Shown here: positions 57,401 to 64,000 of the stretch, piece after piece
Position numbering within the stretch: position 1 is the stretch's first letter
Layout of the letters: each line of letters starts with the position of its first letter
Origin: Pseudomonadota bacterium
GTDB taxonomy: Bacteria; Myxococcota; JACRCW01; JAFGSX01
Reading direction: 5' to 3'
Length of the DNA: 64,000 nucleotides
NCBI GenBank assembly: GCA_043821645.1
Contig: JBDRCO010000087.1
Coordinates: 96,001 to 160,000, forward strand
The notes under the pieces: generated by a model
Told to the model about the DNA's origin: nothing
Database searches by the model: none
The model's input: only the letters and a program-made list of their open reading frames with translations
Program-made: the position numbers and the translations under genes

Positions 57401-57736
57401 GCCCATGCTCACCCCGGAGATGGCGCGGTAGGTCTGGCAGCGATAGCCCGTGGGGTCGGTCTGTCCGTCATAGGTGCCGGCCGGGCAGGCGCCCAGGCCC
57501 AGGCTCTCGACGTTGTGCACGCAGCTCGAGGGTTCGCCCTTGCACCACCACAGGGCCTCGGTCTGGCAGGTGGCCGAGCAGCCATCGCCCGCCGTGGTGT
57601 TGCCATCGTCGCAGGTCTCCTGGGCGCCGCGCGTGCCATTGCCACAGCGCTCGGACTCGGCGGGTGGGCAGCCGAGGCCGAAAGGGAGCACTCCCAAGCA
57701 CACCAGCATCATGGAAAAGCGCATGTTGAACCTCAT
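54464..57736 (-). CDS. Lipoprotein: permuted alpha/beta-hydrolase (putative esterase) with inserted cupredoxin and myxobacterial Cys-rich (DUF4215-type) repeats
   Basis: Lipobox GLGC; GVSMGG elbow; FPVAYFMHG; seven CDDGNxxxGDGC repeats; YQFHCAAHP. Confidence 0.8.
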   Translation of the reverse strand: MRFNMRFSMMLVCLGVLPFGLGCPPAESERCGNGTRGAQETCDDGNTTAGDGCSATCQTEALWWCKGEPSSCVHNVESLGLGACPAGTYDGQTDPTGYRCQTYRAISGVSMGGGSASRIAANHPELFDVVGVMGTPFSDFDFFTHMIRHSHMAGFCDRSQILNNLDSVDDPENPDTFCGPVQLDYPAAPGTECQIFPSGFNSWFRGPDVGRGGGFTRNGLVEIFHDLNFAHGNVFTYNPDNALLPPGVPESWRVPLGLTGAERSAARAERCANPVVVNGLYNLEFNPDGSYPVITYCDGEEGDTGDFWPDQHRVASGPADNADGRFESPLLGPGGVFTTVFAEPGRYQFHCAAHPHSESGTRVVVEGEACDDGNQSDGDGCSARCLLEPGYTCQGTTCQNTCGNSAVEPSEQCDDGNTATGDGCSDHCTIEPGYACLGAPSTCAATCGNAAADAGERCDDGNTAAGDGCSPGCRVEKGYRCPATGSCAPLCGDGAVDEGEGCDDGNTAAGDGCSPGCSYEPGYSCTGQPSTCVLHCGDGTQDPGEVCDDGNTADGDGCTHLCALEPGYTCAGQPSACATSRCGNGALNPGERCDDGNLNPGDGCSPWCGVDPGWACSGNPSVCIPSCGNGSVDGVDASTLCNGGTGTCSVQLGHLRGFGGSVSVRPQQPLRFVIQSTHNIPIEFSVAVDYNGNGRRDYGEPVIDNSEERYDDVGVDGCASPQEDGQGGCGGGAYNPTTNPDPNGDDYDYMANTLGTEHSFRYDDGEPYRDDGLDGVPATGDYGEGDGLYSQNPYLAHALEQSPRRKLQTMSDVEFNRLDWWMDAGLRDFINSAQVTNNLYGTLKAREPSSRTFDGEPSVPGWRQNSSFWFLELDYAPSVIGKNAYLRYGDPSVCPGVDEVFGSGNHVGPGDQVLDRLYTMLTFASARMPGGDFSYINADIDQLGGPSGEIKDFARLERFYSTAISRDLDFGLVLPPNYYLEPDARFPVAYFMHGQGMDAEGLVISGIVFFTNMKESFLPHRVAENRSDWQKMILIFADGECGPTDCYTGNFYMNFQGLPEGRQYEDAFIELMRHVDATYRTKQPAMIPQP
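55830..56635 (-). repeat. Array of six CDDGNxxxGDGC myxobacterial cysteine-rich repeats
   Basis: Units of about 40 aa with recognisable DNA similarity (TGCGACGACGG(C/A)AA); a seventh copy at about 57560-57650. Confidence 0.9.
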
Positions 57737-57978
57737 GGCCCACAAGCTACCGCGTCGGCGTCGAGCTGGGCAACCGCGGCGCCGCGCCACAGGAGGGGAG
57801 ACCACGACGTGCGGGAATCTGGGGCCAGACCGGGGTGGGGGAGGGGGGGTCTGGCCAAAAAGGGAGGCCAGGGCATATAAGACAGGGCGCGAGCGATCCA
57901 TGCCGCGATGGCCAGGGCAACAACCCGGGCGATCAGGGCAGCCACCAAAGTTCATTCTCGGACACAAGGGGACGCAAC

Positions 57979-59706
57979 ATGGCAAAGATTCACGGCGGCC
58001 AGAAGAGCACCACGGCCCAGCAGAACCAGCAGCTGCGCAAGGCTGACGAACTCGGCAAGACCAAGCCCGCGGTGCAGAAGACCGAGACCAAGGGCACGCC
58101 CAAGAAGCTCGAGGCCCAGGCCAACGACGCCGCCATCGACGCCACCCGGGCCAAGGACTTCGCGTCCAGCACCCAGGGCCTCAAGACCGGCGACAACGCC
58201 CTCAACGTGCGCCTCGGCAACGCGGTTGAACAGACCCTCGACAGCGTGCTCGACAGCGTCGAGTGGTCCACGGTGTCCGTGGCCAAGAGCCTGATGAGCG
58301 ATGCCGAACTCACGGCCTTCCAGGAAGGCTCGATGTCGCCCGGGCAGCTGCTGGGGCTGCTCGCCCAGGCGCAGCAGCCCATGGCCAGCGCCGAGCTGCA
58401 GAAGCTGTATCCCGACTTCGGTGAGGTCTACGCCAGCATGACGGCCCAGGAGAAGGCCCAGTGCGACGCCGGCCAGATGACGCCGGTGAGCTTCGAGCAG
58501 GCCCAGGGCGTGATGTGGGAGAGCCATGCCGCCGACGCCGAGGCTTCGATCGAGGACCCGGGGCACGCCTCGGGCCCCCTCAAGCAGCCCGAAGACACGA
58601 AGCTTTACAAGCCCAGCGACATCCGCAACCGGGTCAAGACCGGCAAGGGCCACAATGTGATGTTCGGCGGCCAGCTCATGGACCGCGCGGTGCTGGGCAC
58701 CATGCTCGACGCCATGCAGGGCCAGGGCGACGGCCGGGTCTCGCGTGCCGACATGCACAAGGTGCTGCCCAAGATCCTCGACAGCGGCAAGATCAGCAAC
58801 GCCGAGGAAAACGCCATGCTGTTCGGGCTCAAGTACTGCCGCTTCACCAAGCCGGCGGACCGCGAGCTGGCCAAGGCCATCGGTGAGAAATTCTCGGACT
58901 CGGCCCTGGCGCGCTTCGGCAGCCTCGGCCAGCCACCGCGCTTCAAGGACTACGAGCAGTACGACATGCCCATGTTCGCCGGCCGCGAGGCCGACCTGTA
59001 CGGCGCCAAGGGCGTGATGACCCCCGAGGAGATGGGGACCTGGCAGGCCGGTGACATGACCCTGGCGCAGTTCAACAACGTGCTCAGGCGCGCCAACCAG
59101 CCCATGTCCGCCGACGCCCTGCGCGAGACCTTCGGCGCCTGGACCGCCAACGAGTCCGAGGGCGCCATGACCGACGCCGAGTTCAAGCGCTACGACGCGG
59201 GCAAGATGACGGGTGCCGAGTTCCAGAACATCCAGTACCGCGCCTGGGAGGACGAGAGCCCCTCGATGAAGGGCAAGACCCCCTACCAGGAGGACTTCAA
59301 GCCCGGCTTCAAGCCCTTCGTCGCCGACGACGTGCAGGATCCCAAGCTGCGCGGGCTCAACCAGACCCTGGTCCGCCTCAACGAGCGCCTCGACGCGGGC
59401 GACGTCGACGGCATGCTGGCCCTGTTCGATCAGAAGATCGTCAAGGAGCAGCTCAGCTTCCTGACCAGCGAAGGGCAGAGCCTGCCCGAGGCCAAGCAGC
59501 AGTTCCTGCTCGAGGCCCTGAACCTGCGCGGCGCGGTGAGCAACCTCGGCCAGGTCGAGGACATCTCGCTGGACACCTCGCGCGTCGAGCGCTTCGGCCC
59601 TGACAGCTTCAACGCCTTCGGCGTGGCCATCCTCAAGAACGGCGACACCACCTCGGCCAACGTGCTGCTCAACAACGACTACAGCCTGACCTCGGCCGTC
59701 GGCTAG
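57979..59706 (+). CDS. Hypothetical signal-less protein with a duplicated ~83-aa domain flanking a DGRVS helical domain
   Basis: AAGGGG RBS; strongly biased codon usage; internal repeats at about 58279-58524 and 59002-59253. Confidence 0.8.
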   Translation: MAKIHGGQKSTTAQQNQQLRKADELGKTKPAVQKTETKGTPKKLEAQANDAAIDATRAKDFASSTQGLKTGDNALNVRLGNAVEQTLDSVLDSVEWSTVSVAKSLMSDAELTAFQEGSMSPGQLLGLLAQAQQPMASAELQKLYPDFGEVYASMTAQEKAQCDAGQMTPVSFEQAQGVMWESHAADAEASIEDPGHASGPLKQPEDTKLYKPSDIRNRVKTGKGHNVMFGGQLMDRAVLGTMLDAMQGQGDGRVSRADMHKVLPKILDSGKISNAEENAMLFGLKYCRFTKPADRELAKAIGEKFSDSALARFGSLGQPPRFKDYEQYDMPMFAGREADLYGAKGVMTPEEMGTWQAGDMTLAQFNNVLRRANQPMSADALRETFGAWTANESEGAMTDAEFKRYDAGKMTGAEFQNIQYRAWEDESPSMKGKTPYQEDFKPGFKPFVADDVQDPKLRGLNQTLVRLNERLDAGDVDGMLALFDQKIVKEQLSFLTSEGQSLPEAKQQFLLEALNLRGAVSNLGQVEDISLDTSRVERFGPDSFNAFGVAILKNGDTTSANVLLNNDYSLTSAVG

Positions 59707-59723
59707 GCGCCGTCGCCACCTCC

Positions 59724-60665
59724 TTGTCCCTCACCACCGGCATCGAGCTCGAGCTGCTCTTGCCCCCGGGCATGACGCGGATGGATCTGCTCGAGCGGCT
59801 GCGCGCCTTCACCGGCGGTCAGGTGCAGCCCTTCGAGTTTCCGTCCAAGGTCCCGGTACCCCACCCCGCCCGCGCCGGGCTCGAGGGCGAGGCGGCCATC
59901 CAGGCGTGCCTCGCTGCCATGCAGGACATCGCCGCGCACCACCAGGCGCGCCTGCACTCTATCCGCCCCGACGGGCAGTTCTTCTACCTGTCGCATCGTT
60001 GTGGCCGCCTGGTGGATGAGCACGGCATGACCCTGCTCGAGGTGGTGCACGACAACACCCTGGCCGGTGGCGAGCGCGTGGCCGAGGTGATCACGCCGCC
60101 CCTGGCACCGGAGCAGGCGGACTGGCTTGCCGCCCTCATCGCGCAGCTGGCTGCGGTACCCGGCATCGAGGTTCCCCCGCGCGCAGCCTTGCACGTTCAC
60201 GTCGACGGAAAAGCTCTATGCGACGCCGAGACCCTGGCGCGCCTGGTCGCGCTGTATCTCGATCACGAAGCGCTGCTGCGGCGCTGGCTGCACACGCCCA
60301 CAGGTCTGCACGCCGACCGGCGCATGCCTCACGCCTTGCTGAGATCCCTGCACGCTGGCGTTGGCCAACCCTGGGAGCAGGTGCGGCCGACCCTGGCGCG
60401 GGCGCTGCCCGACAACTGCTGCGGTCTCAACCTGTACAACCTGGCTCACGACCGTCGGGACAAGCTCACCGTCGAACTCAAGCTGGCGGCGGCCAGCCTC
60501 GATCCGGCCTGGGTGCTGGCGGTGCGTGCGCTGTTCGTGGCTCTGGTCGAGCTGGCGCTGGCGTGCGATGTGGACCTGCCCCGGGATGCCGCGGCGCTGG
60601 TGCACGCCATCGACCCTGCTGACCGTATCGTGCCCGTCCTCGCTGGCGCTGCCCGCGCGCCATGA
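59724..60665 (+). CDS. Putative amidoligase (COOH-NH2 ligase, Amidoligase_2-like)
   Basis: GIELEL, EVITPPL, ALHVHVD, GLNL, TVELK motifs in order; TTG start. Confidence 0.72.
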   Translation: MSLTTGIELELLLPPGMTRMDLLERLRAFTGGQVQPFEFPSKVPVPHPARAGLEGEAAIQACLAAMQDIAAHHQARLHSIRPDGQFFYLSHRCGRLVDEHGMTLLEVVHDNTLAGGERVAEVITPPLAPEQADWLAALIAQLAAVPGIEVPPRAALHVHVDGKALCDAETLARLVALYLDHEALLRRWLHTPTGLHADRRMPHALLRSLHAGVGQPWEQVRPTLARALPDNCCGLNLYNLAHDRRDKLTVELKLAAASLDPAWVLAVRALFVALVELALACDVDLPRDAAALVHAIDPADRIVPVLAGAARAP

Positions 60666-60784
60666 CTCCAGGCGCGTTTCGCGGTCGAAGAGCTCCAGCC
60701 AGGGATCTTCACGATCGCCGACGGGACATCTCGCGACTCATGCCTCGCGCGGTTGCAGCGGGTCGTGCACGGCAGAGCGCGCGT

Positions 60785-61438
60785 TCAGCGTGCCTTCAAC
60801 AGTTTGAAGGCGTGCCCCCAGCTGTTCGAGCGCAGGCCCGGGATGCACCACAGCATGCACAGCGGCTCGATGGCGCGGGCCGCCTGCACACCGCCCATGT
60901 CCTCATACTCCCAGCCGAAGGTGTCGAGGATGTCCTCGACCTCCTTCTTGGCTGCCTCGTCGTCTCCACAGATGAACATGGTGGGCTTGCCGGCTTCGAA
61001 AACCGGGTCGACCATGAAGGCGGAACCCACGCAACTGAAGGCCTTGACGAAGCGGGCCTTGGGTGCGGCCTGCTGCAGCCTCTCCATCAGCGAGGTCTTG
61101 AGGTCGGTGAAGAAGTGCAACACACCGTTCTCGGCGGGCTCCTCCGAGATGGGATTGGTGGCGTCGATGATCAGGCGTCCGTCGAGGAGAGACCCGAGGG
61201 AGCGCACCAGGGCCTCGGCGGCGCGGCCAGACACGGCCAGCACCACGATGTCCGCGAAGCCCGCGGCCTGCTCGAAGCTACCGACCAGGCCCTTGCCCTC
61301 GGTGCGCGTCATCCACGCGCCGAGTTTTTTCGGATCGCGGGTGCCCAGGGTGACGATGTCGCCGTGCTTGATGAAGCCCGCGCCCAGGGTCTGCGCCACC
61401 ATGCCCGAGCCCAGGATGCCGATCTTGCGCTGTGTCAC
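60785..61438 (-). CDS. NADPH-dependent F420 reductase-like oxidoreductase (F420_oxidored family)
   Basis: IGILGSGMV, GTRDP, IDATNP, VKAF, MFICGDD; GAGGAGG RBS. Confidence 0.9.
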   Translation of the reverse strand: MTQRKIGILGSGMVAQTLGAGFIKHGDIVTLGTRDPKKLGAWMTRTEGKGLVGSFEQAAGFADIVVLAVSGRAAEALVRSLGSLLDGRLIIDATNPISEEPAENGVLHFFTDLKTSLMERLQQAAPKARFVKAFSCVGSAFMVDPVFEAGKPTMFICGDDEAAKKEVEDILDTFGWEYEDMGGVQAARAIEPLCMLWCIPGLRSNSWGHAFKLLKAR

Positions 61439-61579
61439 GGGAACCTCCTCGCGGCGCTGCGGCCCCTGAGGGGGGCGCATGCCACACTCGATGCGCTACG
61501 TAGTGACCGCCACAAGCACGCGCAGGGAGTGAGACGGGGAGCTGGGTTGAGGAGAAGATTCGTCTGGTGGGCCCGGCGC

Positions 61580-62239
61580 TCAGCTGATCTCGCGCAGCAA
61601 ATCTGCCACTCCCTGGGACAGCGTGCCGTCGAGGCCGGCGAGCAAGGCCGCGAGACCGAACTCGAACTCCTCGTCGACACTGCGCGGCGTGGCCAGGGTC
61701 AGGGCTGCCGTGGTGTGGGGAAAATCCTCGCCCGCCGCTTCGAGCATGGCTGCCGCCTGGCCCAGGCTGGCCTGGGTGTCTGCATGCAACGCACAGTGGC
61801 CCACCACCAGGTGGTGGAACAGGTGCAGCGCGCTGAGAGCCTGCGCCCCGGCAAAGCCCGCCTCGCGGAACAGCGCCAGCAGCATCTCGACGAAGGGCAG
61901 GCTGCCCGGGGTGAGCACGGGCCGGGTCGAGAACAGTGGCAGGCAGCGCGGGTGCCTGAGCAGGATGAAGCGAAAGGCCCGCGCCACCGTGCGCAGGTCC
62001 TCCCGCCAGCGCCCACCCAGGGTCATGGCGGGCATCTCGCGCAGGACGACCTCGTGCACACCGTCCAGCAGGTCGTTCTTGCTGGCGACATAGCGGTACA
62101 GCGACATGGCCTCCACGCCCAGATCATCGCCGAGCTTGCGCATGCTCAGGGCATCCAGACCCTCCCGGTCCACGAAGCGCACCGCGGCTTGCAGGATCAG
62201 CGGCCGTGACAGCCCGGTCTTGACTGTTTTGCTTTCCAT
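61580..62239 (-). CDS. TetR family transcriptional regulator (TetR_C type)
   Basis: GLDALSMRKLGDDLGVEAMSLYRYVASKNDLL HTH; FEFGLAALLAG tail. Confidence 0.95.
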   Translation of the reverse strand: MESKTVKTGLSRPLILQAAVRFVDREGLDALSMRKLGDDLGVEAMSLYRYVASKNDLLDGVHEVVLREMPAMTLGGRWREDLRTVARAFRFILLRHPRCLPLFSTRPVLTPGSLPFVEMLLALFREAGFAGAQALSALHLFHHLVVGHCALHADTQASLGQAAAMLEAAGEDFPHTTAALTLATPRSVDEEFEFGLAALLAGLDGTLSQGVADLLREIS

Positions 62240-62259
62240 CTTGACCTCGGCTCCGTAAG

Positions 62260-62456
62260 CGTACGCTGTATGTGACATAACCGGCCTGATTACGTATGCC
62301 TTACACTGTCTTGCTGACACTGTAAATGAGATAGATTTACGCTGTCAGGTCACTTACAGCGTCAGCCGAGATGGACTGACACACGCTGTCTGTGCACTGG
62401 CACTGCTGTGTTTACAGCGTCACGGAGGCCAAACATCGTAAGGCGATAGGTGTAAG
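62260..62456. promoter_or_regulatory. Array of about 10 TetR-type palindromic operators
   Basis: 13-mers related to CTTAC-NNN-GTAAG at 62260, 62286, 62300, 62314, 62336, 62353, 62380, 62411, 62430, 62444. Confidence 0.7.
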
Positions 62457-62562
62457 CCGGGCATCCCGTGGCAGCCCGCAGGCCATCGCTCGCAGGACCC
62501 ACCGTTTTGTCCCAGGCGCCAAGGGCGGTGTCGATACCAGCGGGCCGGAAGGTGGCGACTCG

Positions 62563-62916
62563 CTATGGATTCTTGAGGTCCAGGCTGTAGATGAAGCCGC
62601 TCTCGCCGGGCTGCGTCCACGCGAGCTCGACGGCCTTGTACAGCACGAAGCGCACGCAGACCTCTCCCCGGGGGTCTGTCTTGGGCGGGTCGTAACACAC
62701 GCGGGGGGTACCCTCACCCTTGCGCGGCGGGCCCAGCACCAGGGTGACCTGGCGCTCGCTCATGCCTGCCTTCACGCCCAGCACGCTGCGATCCAGGTAG
62801 CTGCGCTGCTCGCCGTTCATCTTCGCCATGGCCTGCTCGTTGGCCGTGGCGCAGCCCGTGCCCGCCAGCGTCCATGCCAGCAAGAAACCCGCGATACGCA
62901 CCATGCATGTCTTCAT
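62563..62916 (-). CDS. Small lipoprotein (BamE/SmpA-like fold possible)
   Basis: Lipobox GTGC; GVKAGMSERQVTLVLGPP motif; GGAG RBS. Confidence 0.65.
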   Translation of the reverse strand: MKTCMVRIAGFLLAWTLAGTGCATANEQAMAKMNGEQRSYLDRSVLGVKAGMSERQVTLVLGPPRKGEGTPRVCYDPPKTDPRGEVCVRFVLYKAVELAWTQPGESGFIYSLDLKNP

Positions 62917-63119
62917 GTCAGGGTCTCCATCCATCCCATGCGGGGGACATTGTGCCTGATCTCGCCACGCCGTCCAGTCCTGATGACGAGCCCCGGGCCG
63001 TCTTTGCGCCTGCGGTGTGGCAGCTTTCTTCGATCTCCTCCCTGTCAGAGCTAGAATGAATGCTCGATCGTCCTGCCGCGTCCGACAGCAGCAGTGACAT
63101 TGTGATGGGGTGGTCTGCC

Positions 63120-63965
63120 ATGAAGAAGACAATGTGGATGGGGACGGTGCTCGGACTCCTGCTCTGTGGCCCGGTGTGGGCTGGCGAGGTGGCCTACGTC
63201 GACTGGACGCGGGCCGAGTCCGACGATCTCAAGCATTCGGGCTATGCCGCCTTCGATGGCGATGAGTCCACTGCCTGGTGTTCGGGCCCGGATGGCGTGG
63301 GTGATGTGCTCACCCTGGGTTTCATCGGTACTCAGAAGGTGGACGAGATCGGTGTGATCGTGGGGTTGCTGGCCAAGGGTGAGCTCGACAAGAATTCCTC
63401 GCGGCTGCGCGAGCTCGAGGTCTCCGACGGCAAGACCAAGCAGATCCTCGTGTTCAAGGACAAGCCCACGGTGCAGAGCATCAAGATCCAGCCGGCACAG
63501 GACTCGCAGCGCATGACCTTCAGTGTGGCCAATGTCTTCGCTGGTGAGCGGCGCTCGTCTCCTGTGTGCATCACCGAGATCGTGCTGCGGCACAAGGGCC
63601 GGGCGCTGACCGGCGATGTGCTCAAGGCGAACATTCGCGGCCTCAACAGCACGCGCCAGCCCCTGGTTCACCTGTGGGTGGACCAGCCCGGCGCCCCCGA
63701 GCGCTACCTGACCCTCGGCATGGATGGAACCTTCCTGTGGGTCCATGCCCCCATTCTCGAGGGCAAGCGCGTGCGCCTGCAGGGAACCTGGAGCGCGTCA
63801 GCCAACAAGATCACGTTCAAGGCGAGCAGCGGCAAGAGCGGCACCGTCACCTACCGCATGGATCGCGTGGCCGATGGCGACAACGTGTTCTCCCAGCTGG
63901 TGCTGGAAGGAGAGGGCCTGCACGAGGCCTTCGCCGCGACCTACCAGACCACGAGCAAGCGCTGA
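63120..63965 (+). CDS. Exported protein with discoidin / NADase-type glycan-binding-like domain
   Basis: Signal peptide; AAFDGDESTAWC...GVGDVLTLGF...CITEI. Confidence 0.7.
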   Translation: MKKTMWMGTVLGLLLCGPVWAGEVAYVDWTRAESDDLKHSGYAAFDGDESTAWCSGPDGVGDVLTLGFIGTQKVDEIGVIVGLLAKGELDKNSSRLRELEVSDGKTKQILVFKDKPTVQSIKIQPAQDSQRMTFSVANVFAGERRSSPVCITEIVLRHKGRALTGDVLKANIRGLNSTRQPLVHLWVDQPGAPERYLTLGMDGTFLWVHAPILEGKRVRLQGTWSASANKITFKASSGKSGTVTYRMDRVADGDNVFSQLVLEGEGLHEAFAATYQTTSKR

Positions 63966-64000
63966 GGCTGGTATCGCTTCGTCCTCACGCGACCCGCCAG

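Noticed and set aside
62260-62456. Short repeats as CRISPR or replication iterons
   Set aside because: Units are 13 bp, degenerate, palindromic and irregularly spaced; no cas or rep gene; better explained as operators
1-64000. tRNA, rRNA, integrase, transposase or prophage genes
   Set aside because: No cloverleaf, rRNA-like sequence or recombinase/phage motifs seen; intergenic gaps are short

Overview
High-GC bacterial chromosomal segment, most likely Myxococcota or a related deltaproteobacterium (inferred from myxobacterial CxxGxx-CDDGN cysteine-rich repeats, PEGA proteins, a zinc-ribbon/GYF protein and AgmX/TonB-C domains). About 40 genes; I saw no rRNA, tRNA, CRISPR array or mobile element. 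Content: a single-chain PreT-PreA dihydropyrimidine-dehydrogenase-like enzyme, a eukaryote-type citrate synthase, a translationally coupled GNAT / ornithine-racemase-like / M20 amidohydrolase / Alr operon, a LysM effector-like gene with a TPR partner, an MCP with a binding-protein partner, a STAND Ser/Thr kinase plus FHA protein, xseAB-ispA, a VIT-vWA-TonB-C protein, a GMC oxidoreductase, M16C and PepF peptidases, a class 3 asparaginase, an RND/TolC operon with an embedded 5-repeat lipoprotein and a two-component system, and a TonB-receptor operon. Strongest leads: (1) a lipoprotein that looks like a circularly permuted alpha/beta-hydrolase carrying a circularly permuted cupredoxin/Cys-repeat insert, with a His codon at both junctions; (2) an array of about 10 TetR-type palindromes upstream of a tetR gene; (3) the two-racemase acetylate/deacetylate operon. 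All calls come from motif recognition by eye; no searches were run.
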